Assembly (NCBI GenBank): GCA_963750165.1
Contig: CAVVPN010000003.1
Coordinates: 1,408,001 to 1,472,000, forward strand
Length of the DNA: 64,000 nucleotides
Origin: an uncultured Gemmataceae bacterium
GTDB taxonomy: Bacteria; Planctomycetota; Planctomycetia; Gemmatales; Gemmataceae
Reading direction: 5' to 3'
Shown: one piece after another, positions 1 through 10,050 of the stretch
How the letters are laid out: each line of letters opens with the position of its first letter
Numbering within the stretch: position 1 is the stretch's first letter
Notes under the pieces: generated by a model
What the model was told of the DNA's origin: nothing
Databases searched by the model: none
The model's input: the letters and a program-made list of their open reading frames with translations, nothing else
Made by a program: the position numbers and the translations under genes

Positions 1-524
1 CTGTTCACGCTGGTTCTTGAGGCCGCTTTGCACCATCAGCGTCTTGTTGCCCTGGTTGATGAAACTCCCCGCCTGGCCGGTGACGCCGGTGCCCTGCGAC
101 CGGTCAATGCCCTGCCCGCCCTTGGCCTTCGTCTGCTTGATGAGCCTGGCCGCGGCCTGTTTGGACTCCAGCTCCGCCTGCACGGCCTGTTCGCGGGCGA
201 TGGCGTCCAGGGCGGTGAGCCGGGCCTGGACCTGCCGCTGCAGTTCGGCGCGTTCGGGCTCGCTCAATTCGCTCGCACCCTCCACGCGGGCCAGGGCGGT
301 CTGCAACAGACTCCGCGCCCCTGCGGGTTGGTCTTCTGCAGCTGGAGGGCGCCCGCGATCAACCCCTTCACGTCCGACTGCAACTTTTGCGAACCCAGAT
401 CGGTCTTGGCCTTGAACTTTTTCAGGTAATCGTCGGCGCACAGCGTGGCACCGCCGCACAGCAGCACGGCGAGGGCGCAGACGGCCCCGAACACCAGGGA
501 TTTCGGCAGGCGGACGGCTGACAT
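1..524 (-). CDS. Secreted helical hypothetical protein (runs off the window start; probable frameshift near 320)
   Basis: GAGGAG RBS, then signal-peptide-like MSAVRLPKSLVFGAVCALAVLLCGG. Coding-like helical sequence (ARSLLQTALARVEGASELSEPERAELQRQVQARL) continues in another frame to base 1. Confidence 0.6.
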
Positions 525-645
525 GATGATGCTCCTCATGTGCTTGGGGTTGGGCGCACCCTCTCCCCCTATCCTTATTAACGTACCCCGGCCGGCAACG
601 TTTAGCCAGAGAAAAAAAAGAAACCCGGAACGCCCGCACAGATTC

Positions 646-2124
646 TCAACGGCGGAGCAGCGCGAGAAAGCGCTGGTAGGGCTCTTGCCATGCCTGTGGG
701 TTGTGCGGCGTGTACTCGCGTACCTCCACCGAGCGCCGCACCACCTCGCGCCCCTGCGCCAGCGAGCCGATCAGCCGCAGCCCCAGCGCCTGCACCAGCA
801 CGTTGCCCAGCGCGGTCGCCTCCACCGGCCCGGCCAGCACTGGCCGGTCGCAGGCGTCTGCCGTGAACTGGCACAACAGCGCGTTCTGACTGCCGCCGCC
901 GACGACGTGGATCACCTCCACCTGGCGGCCCAGCAGTTCTTCGAGCCGCTCCAGCACCCAGCGGTAGCGCAGCGCCAGACTCTCCAGGGCGCAGCGGACG
1001 ACGGCGCCCGGTTCGGCCGGCGCGAGCTGACCGGTGCGGCGGCAGAACTCCGCCAGCGCCGCGGGCATGCTCGCCGGCAGGATGAAGGTGGCGTCGTCCG
1101 GATCGACCAGGCTGGCGAACGGCGGCGCCACCTCGGCCAGCCGCATCAACTCCTCGTAGTTAAAATCGTGGCCGGAACGCTCCCACGCCCGGCGGCACTC
1201 CTGCACCAGCCACAGACCCATGACGTTCTTGAGCAGGCGGACGGTGTTGCCGACGCCGCCCTCGTTGGTGAAGTTGCACGCCTGCACCTGTGGGTTGACC
1301 TGCGGCCCCGGGATTTCGACGCCCATCAGCGACCAGGTGCCGGAACTGATGTACGCCCAGGACGCCGCTGACGCCGGCACCGCCGCGACTGCCGCCGCCG
1401 TGTCGTGCGTCGCCGGCGCGATCACCGGCACGCCCACCAGCCCCGCCTCCGCCGCCACCGACGGCCGCAGCGGTCCCAGCACCGTGCCCGGCGGCACCAG
1501 TGTGCCGAAGATTTTGTCCGGCAGCCCAAACGCCCGCAGCAGGTCGCGCGCCCAGGTGCGCGTGTGCGGGTCGATCACCTGACCGGTGCTGGCATCGGTG
1601 TATTCGTTGACCTTGATGCCCGTCAGGAGGTAGTGGAACAGGTCCGGCATGAACAGTAGATGTTCGGCCACGTCCAGCAGCGGCGAACGGTCGCGCTGCA
1701 GCGCCAGCAGCTGGAACAGCGTGTTGAAGCGCATGAACTGGATGCCCGTCTGCCGAAACACCTCGTCGCGCGACACACGCTCGAAGGCGGTGTCGAGAAT
1801 CGTTTCGGTGTGCGGGTCGCGGTAGTGGCGTGGGTTGCCGAGCAGCGTACCGCCGCGGCCCAGCAGCGCGAAATCGACGCCCCAGGTGTCCACGCCGAGG
1901 CCGTCCACGCCGCCGTGCTCCGCGGCACACTTGCGGCAGGCGGTCAGGAGGTCGCCGTGCAGCCGCAGCACGTCCCAGTGCAGCGAGTCCAGGGTGCGCA
2001 CCGGGCCGTTGCCGAAACGGTGGACGACTTCGAGGCGGAGGCGGTCGCCGTCGAAGTGGCCGATGATGCCGCGGCCGCTCTCGGCGCCGAGGTCGAACGC
2101 GAGCAGTTTCTTGGTGGCGGACAT
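646..2124 (-). CDS. rhaB: Rhamnulokinase (FGGY sugar kinase)
   Basis: Motifs LAFDLGAESGR, GVDTWGVDF, HDTAAA, YISSGTWSLMG, FTNEGG, LKNVMGLW, GPVEATALGN. Confidence 0.9.
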   Translation of the reverse strand: MSATKKLLAFDLGAESGRGIIGHFDGDRLRLEVVHRFGNGPVRTLDSLHWDVLRLHGDLLTACRKCAAEHGGVDGLGVDTWGVDFALLGRGGTLLGNPRHYRDPHTETILDTAFERVSRDEVFRQTGIQFMRFNTLFQLLALQRDRSPLLDVAEHLLFMPDLFHYLLTGIKVNEYTDASTGQVIDPHTRTWARDLLRAFGLPDKIFGTLVPPGTVLGPLRPSVAAEAGLVGVPVIAPATHDTAAAVAAVPASAASWAYISSGTWSLMGVEIPGPQVNPQVQACNFTNEGGVGNTVRLLKNVMGLWLVQECRRAWERSGHDFNYEELMRLAEVAPPFASLVDPDDATFILPASMPAALAEFCRRTGQLAPAEPGAVVRCALESLALRYRWVLERLEELLGRQVEVIHVVGGGSQNALLCQFTADACDRPVLAGPVEATALGNVLVQALGLRLIGSLAQGREVVRRSVEVREYTPHNPQAWQEPYQRFLALLRR

Positions 2125-2218
2125 GGTTTCTTCTCCCAGGGGGTGGGGAGCATTCTATGCCCCGCGGTGGCGAGCGGCGCGGACCGTCAAACTCGCACGT
2201 TCTGGGCTATGCTTGTCC

Positions 2219-3712
2219 ATGAGCACACCCGCGCAACCGACACAACCCGGCTGCAAAGAAATCACTGCGGTCGCCGCCGGCCTCGCCGCACTCATGGCGC
2301 TGCAACTGGTGCTGGCCAATGCGCTGTATCTGTTTCATACCCATTTCTGGCTCGACGAACTGTTCACCTACGCCATCGTCGCCGACCCGGATGTGCCGCA
2401 CTCACTGGAAGCGCTGGCCGGTGCGGTCGATACCAATCCGCCGACGCTGCACCTGCTGTTGCGCGGCTTCTCGACGCTGCTCGGCGGCCCCGGCGAAGTG
2501 GCGTTTCGCAGCTTCGCGCTGCTGGCGATGTTCGCCGCATTGCTCGGCATCTACCTGGTGCTGCGCGATCTGTTTCCACTACTGCCGGCGCTGGTCGGTG
2601 TGCTGGCGGTATGGTGCCATCCACTGATCCTGCGACATGCGTTCGAGGCGCGCTTCTACGGCCCCTGGCTCGCCGGCCTGGTGTGGTACGCCTACTTCCT
2701 GGCGCGGTCGCTGCGGGCGCCGCGGCAGTTCGGCTGGCTGGCGGCGGTGGCCGTGGCATCCGTCTTTGTGTGTACCATCCACTATTTCGGCATCATCACG
2801 CTGGGGCTGGTCACGCTATTCGAGCTGTGGGCACACCGGCCCTGGGGCAAACGCTCCCTCCGCCCCCTGGTCGCGGTCGCCTGCGGGCCGCTGGCGCTGG
2901 CCGCGTGCCTGCCGTTCTATTTCGGCCAGCGCGCGGCGCTGACTGTCGGTACCTGGTGTCCGTCGCCGGACTTGCTGGGGACCGTCGGCGGCCTGGCGCC
3001 GCTGCTGGTCGTGCTCTGCCTGTTCGGCCTGCGCGGTCTGTTCGCCCGGCACCTGCCCGCCGGCCGCGACCCCGGCGCCGTGCTCGGCCTGGTGGCGCTG
3101 GCGCTGCTGCCGGCGGCGCTGACGGTGTTCTCGCTGACCGTGCAGCCGGCGACCATGGCCCGCTACGTCCTGCCCGCGCTGGCGGCGCTGGCGCCGCTGG
3201 CGGCCTTCGTCTGCGTGCTGCTGCCGCGGCCGGTCCGCATCGGCCTGGGCCTCGGACTCGCCGTCGCTGGCGCCTGGGGCCTGCACGACCTGGCCAACCT
3301 CTACCGTGACCGCGACCGCCAGACCGACGAACTCATCGCCGCTGTCCGCGAACTGCCGCCGGACACGCCGGTCGTGTTCGAGTACACCAACACGCTGTAC
3401 GCCCTCGACCACTACGCGCCGGACCTCGCCGGCCGCTGTTACTTCCTCGACTTCGAGCGCGATCAGCTCGAACACGCCAGCAACCACCGCGTCACCACCC
3501 GCGACGTGGCCCGGCAGTACACGAAGTTCCGCGGCCGCCCCGGACTGATGCCCTGGACTGATTTCAAGAGTCTGCCGCGGCGCTACGTGGTCCCCGGCGC
3601 CGAGCCGTCGGAACCGATTGACGAACCGCACACGCGCTTCCCGGGCTTCGCGCTCCGGCAGCACCGGGCGGGGCTTTACGAGTTGACGCCCGCGGCGCAG
3701 GCTTCGCGGTGA
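2219..3712 (+). CDS. Multi-pass membrane glycosyltransferase, GT-C fold (PMT/ArnT-like)
   Basis: FWLDE motif after the first TM helix, NPP and EARFYG motifs, about 10 hydrophobic segments and a soluble C-terminal domain. Confidence 0.7.
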   Translation: MSTPAQPTQPGCKEITAVAAGLAALMALQLVLANALYLFHTHFWLDELFTYAIVADPDVPHSLEALAGAVDTNPPTLHLLLRGFSTLLGGPGEVAFRSFALLAMFAALLGIYLVLRDLFPLLPALVGVLAVWCHPLILRHAFEARFYGPWLAGLVWYAYFLARSLRAPRQFGWLAAVAVASVFVCTIHYFGIITLGLVTLFELWAHRPWGKRSLRPLVAVACGPLALAACLPFYFGQRAALTVGTWCPSPDLLGTVGGLAPLLVVLCLFGLRGLFARHLPAGRDPGAVLGLVALALLPAALTVFSLTVQPATMARYVLPALAALAPLAAFVCVLLPRPVRIGLGLGLAVAGAWGLHDLANLYRDRDRQTDELIAAVRELPPDTPVVFEYTNTLYALDHYAPDLAGRCYFLDFERDQLEHASNHRVTTRDVARQYTKFRGRPGLMPWTDFKSLPRRYVVPGAEPSEPIDEPHTRFPGFALRQHRAGLYELTPAAQASR

Positions 3713-4470
3713 CAGAGGACTGACACGCCCTCGCGCCGCAGCACGGCGAGCAGGGAGACGCCCACGGGCAGCCGGCACCAGCGCCAGCAGGCAGGCTTCA
3801 CCATGAAGTGATAAAGCAAGCGATTCAGCCAGCGGCCGGGCACCTTATCCTCGGCCCGCTCTGCCCCCGGCCGCGGCGGAAACCAGCGCCGCCAGAGCCG
3901 CACCAGGGCGATCAGCGGTAGCACCGCCGTGTTGAAGTAGGTGCAATGCAGCAGCCGCAACCCCGGTTGGCCGACGTGAGCCAGTAACTCCTTGCGGACG
4001 TAGCGGCGACGGTGGTGCAGGGCCACGTCCCAGTCGCTCCACAGCCACTTCAGCGCCGGCACCGTGACGACCAGCAGACCGCCGGGCCGCAGCAGCCGCG
4101 TCAGTTCCCGCACCGCCGCAACGGGGTCGTCCAGGTGTTCGAGCACGTCCAGGGCGGTCACCACCGTGGCGGTGCCGTCGGGCAGGTCGATGTGATCGAG
4201 AGCGGTTTGCAGGACACGGCCGCCCACCGCCTCGACGCGCGGCCGGGCCGCGGCAATGCTCTCGGCGTGGTCGTCCAGCCCCACCACCTGGCAGGTCGCG
4301 CTCACCTCTTCGAGCAACGTGCCGGTGCCGCAGCCGGCGTCCACCCACACGTCCTCCGGTTGCAGCGTGAGGTGACGGTCCACCCAGTGGCGGACGATGG
4401 CGCGCTTGCCCTGGTAGAACCAGTGGCGGCGGTCGAGGCGGTCGAGCTTTGCGTATTCTTCGGCGTTCAT
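3676..4470 (-). CDS. Class I SAM-dependent methyltransferase
   Basis: HWFY, VDAGCGTG, LDVLEHL, VTVPA, HRRRY motifs; 4-nt overlap with the upstream GT2 gene. Confidence 0.85.
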   Translation of the reverse strand: MNAEEYAKLDRLDRRHWFYQGKRAIVRHWVDRHLTLQPEDVWVDAGCGTGTLLEEVSATCQVVGLDDHAESIAAARPRVEAVGGRVLQTALDHIDLPDGTATVVTALDVLEHLDDPVAAVRELTRLLRPGGLLVVTVPALKWLWSDWDVALHHRRRYVRKELLAHVGQPGLRLLHCTYFNTAVLPLIALVRLWRRWFPPRPGAERAEDKVPGRWLNRLLYHFMVKPACWRWCRLPVGVSLLAVLRREGVSVLCHREACAAGVNS

Positions 4471-5411
4471 GAAGACGGCCCCGTCTGATGCACCTGGCGG
4501 ATGAAGTACAGCGGCCGGCGTTTCACCTCGTCGTAGATGCGGCCGATGTACTCGCCGAGCAGGCCGACGCTGAACAGTTGCACGCCTCCCAGGAACAGAA
4601 TCGACACGATGGTGCTGGTGTAGCCGTCCACCACGGGTACGCCGAACAGGCCGACATTCAGCAGCCGGCACGTCACGAGCACCATGCCGTAGAGCATGGC
4701 GAACCCCGCCGTCAACAGCCCCAGGGCCAGGCTGAGCCGCAGCGGCTTGTAACTGAAGCCGAAGATGGCGTCCAGGGCGTAGCGCAGCAGCCGGAAGAAG
4801 CTTTGCTTGGGCTCGCCGGCGGCGCGCTCCGCCCGGTCGTAGTGGACGATGGCCGTCTTGAAGCCGACCCAGGCTCGCAGCCCCGGCAGATAGCGGTTCG
4901 TCTCGGTCAGGCGGTTGATGGCGTCCACCGCCTGGCGGTCGAGCAGGCCGAAGATGCCCGCGTTCAGCGGGATGGGGTAGTCCGACAGGAAGCCCAACAC
5001 CTTGTAAAAGAGCCAGAACAGGCCGCGGCGCAGGCCGGTCTCGGCGCGCTTGCGGCGCTCGGCGATGACGATCTGGGCGCCGTCGCGCCACGCCGCCACC
5101 AGGTCCGCAATAACCCGCGGCGGGTCCTGCAGGTCGCCGTCGATGAGCACGACGGCGTCGCCCCTGGCCACGGACAGTCCGGCCGTCAGCGCCGCCTGGT
5201 GGCCCCAGTTGCGCGACAATTCGACCACCACGACGTGCGGGTCGTCCTGCTGCACGCGCAGCAGCAGCTCCCGGGAGCGGTCGCGGCTGCCGTCATCGAC
5301 GTAGACCACCTCCCAGGGCTCGCCGAGGCCGCCGGCCACGCTGGCGATTTCCTTGTGCAGCCGGTCGATGAGCGCTTCTTCGTTGTAGATGGGGATGACG
5401 ACGGAAATCAT
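4467..5411 (-). CDS. GT2 polyprenol-phosphate glycosyltransferase (GtrB/ArnC-like)
   Basis: ISVVIPIYNEE, VDDGSRD, LSRNWGHQAAL, DGDLQDPP, two C-terminal TM helices and GEYIGRIYDEVKRRP. Confidence 0.9.
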   Translation of the reverse strand: MISVVIPIYNEEALIDRLHKEIASVAGGLGEPWEVVYVDDGSRDRSRELLLRVQQDDPHVVVVELSRNWGHQAALTAGLSVARGDAVVLIDGDLQDPPRVIADLVAAWRDGAQIVIAERRKRAETGLRRGLFWLFYKVLGFLSDYPIPLNAGIFGLLDRQAVDAINRLTETNRYLPGLRAWVGFKTAIVHYDRAERAAGEPKQSFFRLLRYALDAIFGFSYKPLRLSLALGLLTAGFAMLYGMVLVTCRLLNVGLFGVPVVDGYTSTIVSILFLGGVQLFSVGLLGEYIGRIYDEVKRRPLYFIRQVHQTGPSS

Positions 5412-5773
5412 GACTTCACCTGCTCGGGGAACCGGACGTACCTTCGTCCGGCGGGGGATCAGGTCAAGTCTAGGTCAGCGGGGGGCGGCGGGCGGACTTT
5501 TTCGGCCTGCCCGGTGGCAAGGAGCCGGGGCCGACCAGTTGGCAGATGGTCGCGCTGCCGTCGTGCCGGCGGTTGCCAGGCCGCGCAAGGGCGTCAAGGC
5601 CGTCAAGGGGATCACGGGCCGCGCGTTGCCAACCGGACCTGCCGCGCCCTGCCGGCGGGCGCCTCTCGCTGCCAGGTCGAGCAAGGCCGTCAAGGGCGTC
5701 ATCCGCACGCGAGCCCACCCCGGACCCCCTTGCACCGACTGGCAGCGGAAGGCGTTGCCCCGGTCTGGGGCTC

Positions 5774-5900
5774 CTAGAGCGGTTCCCAGTCGCGTGGACT
5801 ACAAGTCGTGGGACGGCTCTCCAGAGCCGTCGGGAGAACGCTGACGGCTCTGGAGAGCCGTCCCACGACTTGTGCGCTACCCAAACGCGAACCGCTCTAA
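5774..5900. mobile_element. MITE-like inverted-repeat element enclosing a REP doublet
   Basis: Ends ctagagcggttc...gaaccgctctaa; inner doublet gtgggacggctctccagagccgtc / gacggctctggagagccgtcccac at 5808-5866. Confidence 0.6.
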
Positions 5901-7817
5901 CGGTAGACGGTGAGGCTGGGCAAGCTTCGCCGTAGTTCGGCGACGCCGGCATCGGTCACGACGGTGTCAGTGAGACTGAGCACGCGGAGCGCCGTCAGCC
6001 GGGTCAGCGCACAGCCCCCGATCCGTCACGGGCGTGCCGTCCAGGGCGAGATCCTCAAGCGCTTTCAGTGCGGCCACGCCCTTCAGCCCCGCGTCCGACA
6101 CCTTCGACCGCGCCAGGTCCAGGCTCCGCAGGGAGGGCAGCCGGGCCAGTGCGGCGACCCCCGCGCCCGTTACTTCCGTACGGCTGAGGCTCAACCGCCA
6201 TAGGGCGGGCAGCCCGGCCAGGTCCTTCAGCCCGGCGTCGGTCACCCCGGTGCCGTCGAGGGACAGGCCGCGCAGCGACTTCAAGCGGGCGATGTCTCTC
6301 ACCTCCGCGTCGGTCACACGCACGGCCACGAGGGACAGGTCCTCCAGCGCCGTCAGCCTGGCCAGTTCCTTCAGACCGGCGCCCGTCACCGGGGTGGCGT
6401 CGAGGTTCAGCCCCCGCAGGGACCGCAGCCGGGTCAGCCCCTGCAACACCTCGTCCGTGACGTTGGTGTTGCCCAGGTCCAGGTGGCGGAGTGCCTTGCA
6501 CCCGGCCAGTTCCTTCAGCCCCGTGGCCGTGAGGTTGTGGGCGGTGCGCAGGCCCAGCGCTTCGAGCGCCGGCAACTGGGCCAGTTCCTTCACGCCCGCG
6601 TCCGTGACGTCGCTGCTGCCCAGTTCCAGGGCGCGCAGCGTCTTCAGTCCGGCCAGTTCCTTCAGCGCCGCGTCCGACACGTTGGTGCCGAACAGGAACA
6701 GGCCGAAGCCGTGCGGCGGTTGGGGCAATTTCCCGATGCCCCCCTCCGGCCACTGGTCGAACGCGAAGGCCGGCACCCACCCCGGCTCTGCCGCCGCGAC
6801 CTGATTGAGTTTCGCGAACACCGTGACCCGGTCCGGACTCATCCAGCCCACCCGGGCCCCCGCCTGCCGCCAGGCGGCGACGACTTCCGGGGGCAGGGAG
6901 CGCGGCCGTTGGCCCTGGTTGGCCGCGGCGGCCTGCTTCCCGGCGGCGCCACCCTTCGGCGGCGTCGCCGGCCCGCCGGCGATGAGCCAGCCCACCCCGG
7001 CCGCGGAGAACACCAGGACCAGCAGCCCCAGGACGACCCGCGACGGCGCCGACGCACCGACGCCCTGGGCGAGCCGCAAGGCCACGGCGGAGACGCCGCC
7101 GGCGCCCTGTCCGGCCGTGGCCGCCAGCACGGCCGGCGCCGTGGCCGCGGCCAGCGCCGCCGGCACCGCCGCCGCGCCCGGCGCCGCCTGGGCCGCGGCA
7201 AGGGCCGCCGCGAGGGTCAGGCCGCGCCGGGCCAGGCGCTCGTGCAACCGGCGACGGCCCCGCTCCAATCGGCCCTTGACCGACCCCGGCGTCCAGCCCA
7301 GGCGCCGGGCCGCCTCCTCCTGCGGCACGCCTTCCAGGGCACACAGCAGGACCGGCAGGCGGTACGCTTCGGGCAGCAGTTCGACCTCCTCGTCCAGGGC
7401 GGTGAGCAGTTCGCGGCCGGCTACCTCGGCGAGCGGGCCGCGGCCGGGCGCGGGCGGCTCCGGCGAAACCGCGACCGGCCGCGGCTGGCGCAGCACGGCA
7501 ACGGTGAGCGCCTTGCGGGCCACGCGCAGGGCGACGCCGTATAGCCAGCCCGTCAGCCGCGCCGGCTGGCGTAACGCGGCGGCCCGCCGTGCCAGGACGA
7601 GGAACGTGGCCTGAAAGGCGTCCTCGGCGGCGTGATGGTCGCCGAGGACGCGCCGGCAGACGCGCCAGACCATCGGGCCGTGGCGGTGGACCAGCGCGGC
7701 GAAAGCCCGCTCGTCGCGCTGGTCGGCGTAGCACGCCAGCAGTTCGGCGTCGCCGGCCGACGGCGGAGCCGCGCGGCTGCCCAGCAGGTTGATCAGGTGT
7801 GGGAAGTGGGTGTTCAT
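5897..7817 (-). CDS. ECF sigma-70 factor with TM helix and C-terminal leucine-rich repeats (frameshift near 6010)
   Basis: Region 2 (AFAALVHRHGPMV, AEDAFQATFLVL), region 4 (EAARRLGWTPGSVKGRLERGR), Ala-rich linker, TM, then repeated LxxLxLxxTxVTDxGL. The last LRR continues in another frame to TAG at 5897. Confidence 0.85.
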
Positions 7818-7896
7818 GGGAGTGTCCCTCGGGGTTCAACAGTTTCTGACCAGCAGATACTGCCCCGAAGGGCCCCGACCGCACACGGATTTTTTT

Positions 7897-8017
7897 CTAG
7901 GACGGCAATCCTGACTAGAGTGGACAGAATTCCCTGTGTATTCAGACAGATGGACTAATGAGCACCGCCATTATTCCCTGGGGAACTCCACGGCTCCAGT
8001 CAGGATTGCCGTCCTAG
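7897..8017. mobile_element. 121-bp MITE-like element with CTAG at both ends
   Basis: TIRs gacggcaatcctgactagag / ctccagtcaggattgccgtc, AT-richer non-palindromic core, T-tracts on both flanks. Confidence 0.65.
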
Positions 8018-8028
8018 TTTTTTTCGAC

Positions 8029-8472
8029 TCAGAGCAGGTCAGCCAGCAGCCGCAACGCGGCCGCCGCGTTCGCACGGGCCGCCGCACTCAACCCCTCGCC
8101 CACCTCCGTCCGGGTGATCGCCACCGCGAGCAGCCACGCTGCCGGCACCTTGCCCCACAGGGCCGCCGTCAGCCCGAGGAGCCGGCGCGGCGTGAAATGG
8201 TGCGTCAGCCGCGGGCCGTCCTGCTCCGGGGACAGCGGCTCCACGGTCACGGCGGCGGTCGGGACGTCGGTCAGCCGGGCGTCCACGAAGACCACGCGGG
8301 CCACGTTGAGCAACAGGGCGGCGAGTTCCGGCAACAGTTGTTGTGTCGAAAGTGTCTGGACGTTGGCGATACCCTGGGCGGCGACTGCCCGCGCCACCCA
8401 CGGCCCCACGCCGTCGTCTCCGCGGAGCGGGTTACCGATGCCGATTACCAGCGTTTGTGGATGCGCGGCCAT
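8029..8472 (-). CDS. hoxW: Hydrogenase maturation protease
   Basis: VIGIGNPLRGDDGVG, QLLPEL, VFVDA, THH motifs; directly after the large subunit. Confidence 0.85.
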   Translation of the reverse strand: MAAHPQTLVIGIGNPLRGDDGVGPWVARAVAAQGIANVQTLSTQQLLPELAALLLNVARVVFVDARLTDVPTAAVTVEPLSPEQDGPRLTHHFTPRRLLGLTAALWGKVPAAWLLAVAITRTEVGEGLSAAARANAAAALRLLADLL

Positions 8473-9899
8473 CAGTCTCCCCGGCGGGCCTCGTCCAGCA
8501 CCCGGCCCGCAGCGTCCACCAGCTGGACGTGCAGCGCCATCTGGCCGAGGGCGTGCGTCGAGCAACTCAGGCACGGGTCGAAGGCGCGGATGCCGGCCTC
8601 GATGCGGTTGAGCACGCCTTCGGGAATCGTCGCATCCTTGACGTAGTGCTTGGCGATCTGCGTCACCGTGCGGTTCATCGGCAGGTTGTTCTGTCCCGTT
8701 GCAATGAGCAGGTTCACCTTGAGCAGCAGGCCGTTTTCATCGACCGTGTAGTGGTGGAACAGCGTGCCGCGCGGCGCCTCGCTGCAGCCGACGCCGTCGC
8801 GCTGGTTGATGCCGGCCTCGGCCTGCAGCCGGCCGGCGTACAAATCCTCGTCGCCGAGCGCCGCCTCGATCTTTTCCAGGGCCGCCAGGATTTCCAGCAG
8901 TCGGGCATAGTGGTAGAAGAACGAGCTGAGCACGACAGCGCCGCCGCGGCCGCGGTACTCGGCCAGCTCGGCGTCGGCGCGCGGCGAGTTGAAGCGGCGG
9001 GCGACGTTGAGCCGGGCCAGCGGCCCCACCCGGTACGCTCCGTCCGGGTAGCCGAGCGCCTTCCAGTACGGCGATTTCAAATACGACGATGGCTCCCCCG
9101 CCTCGCCCAGAAATTCCTCAAATTTCGCGGGGTCCGCACGGTCGGCGACCGGCTGGCCGGCCGCGTCCACGACGCGCAGCGGGCCATCGTAATGCTCCCA
9201 ATCACCCTCCGGCGTCACCAGGCCCAGGAACAGGCTCGGGAAATGGCCGAACGCGGCCGCCTCGTCCTTGAAGCCGTCGAGCAGTGACTTGAACTTGCCG
9301 AGCGCCGCGGTCGCGGTGGCCAGCGCCTCCGGCAGCTTCTCGCGGATTTTGCCGCCGCCCTCGCGCGGCAGGTGGGCGCGGACGCCGCCGGGGATCGCCC
9401 ACGCGGGGTGAATCTTCTTGCCGCCCAGCCACTCGATGATTTCCTGGCCGAACTGCCGCAGCCGGATGCCGCCGCGGGCCAGCGCCGGCTCGACCGCGGC
9501 CAGGCCGAAGACGTTCCGCTGGGCCGGGTCGCTGTCCAGGCCGAGCAGCAGATCCGGGGCGCTGAGGTGGAAGAAGCTCAGTGCGTGCGACTGGACGATC
9601 TGGGCCAGGTTCATTAGCCGTCGCAGCTTTTCCGCGGCCGGCGGGATGCGCACCGCGAGAATGGCGTCGCCGGCCTTGGCGGAGCAGAGCAGGTGGCTGA
9701 CCGGGCAGATGCCGCAGACGCGCGGCGTGATGCTCGACATCTCCCACAGCGGCCGGCCCTCGCAGAATTTCTCGAAGCCGCGGAACTCCGCGACGTGGAA
9801 GCGCGCGTGATCCACCTGGCCCGCGTCGTTCAGGCGGATGGTGATCTTGGCGTGGCCCTCGATGCGGGTCACGGGGTCGATGATGATCTGCCGGGACAT
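8472..9899 (-). CDS. hoxH: Bidirectional [NiFe]-hydrogenase large subunit (group 3d)
   Basis: [13 protein letters not shown]1 [18 protein letters not shown]2 DPCLSCSTH plus a cleavable C-terminal extension. Confidence 0.95.
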   Translation of the reverse strand: MSRQIIIDPVTRIEGHAKITIRLNDAGQVDHARFHVAEFRGFEKFCEGRPLWEMSSITPRVCGICPVSHLLCSAKAGDAILAVRIPPAAEKLRRLMNLAQIVQSHALSFFHLSAPDLLLGLDSDPAQRNVFGLAAVEPALARGGIRLRQFGQEIIEWLGGKKIHPAWAIPGGVRAHLPREGGGKIREKLPEALATATAALGKFKSLLDGFKDEAAAFGHFPSLFLGLVTPEGDWEHYDGPLRVVDAAGQPVADRADPAKFEEFLGEAGEPSSYLKSPYWKALGYPDGAYRVGPLARLNVARRFNSPRADAELAEYRGRGGAVVLSSFFYHYARLLEILAALEKIEAALGDEDLYAGRLQAEAGINQRDGVGCSEAPRGTLFHHYTVDENGLLLKVNLLIATGQNNLPMNRTVTQIAKHYVKDATIPEGVLNRIEAGIRAFDPCLSCSTHALGQMALHVQLVDAAGRVLDEARRGD

Positions 9900-9914
9900 G
9901 ACGCGGCCCTCCAC

Positions 9915-10036
9915 CTCTTCGGGCGAGCGGCGCGGCGTCAGCCCGCCGGTGTTGTGCAGTACTCTTCGGGCGAGCGGCGCGGCGTCAGCCCGCCGGTGTT
10001 GTGCAGTACCGGCGGGCTGACGCCGCGCCGCTCGCC
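9915..10036. repeat. Two exact 47-bp tandem units plus an inverted copy (REP-like cluster)
   Basis: ctcttcgggcgagcggcgcggcgtcagcccgccggtgttgtgcagta at 9915-9961 and 9962-10008, then ccggcgggctgacgccgcgccgctcgcc. Confidence 0.9.
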
Positions 10037-10050
10037 TCGAAAACCCAACC

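Noticed and set aside
9915..10008. 47-bp tandem repeat as a CRISPR array
   Set aside because: Only two identical units, no unique spacers and no cas genes.
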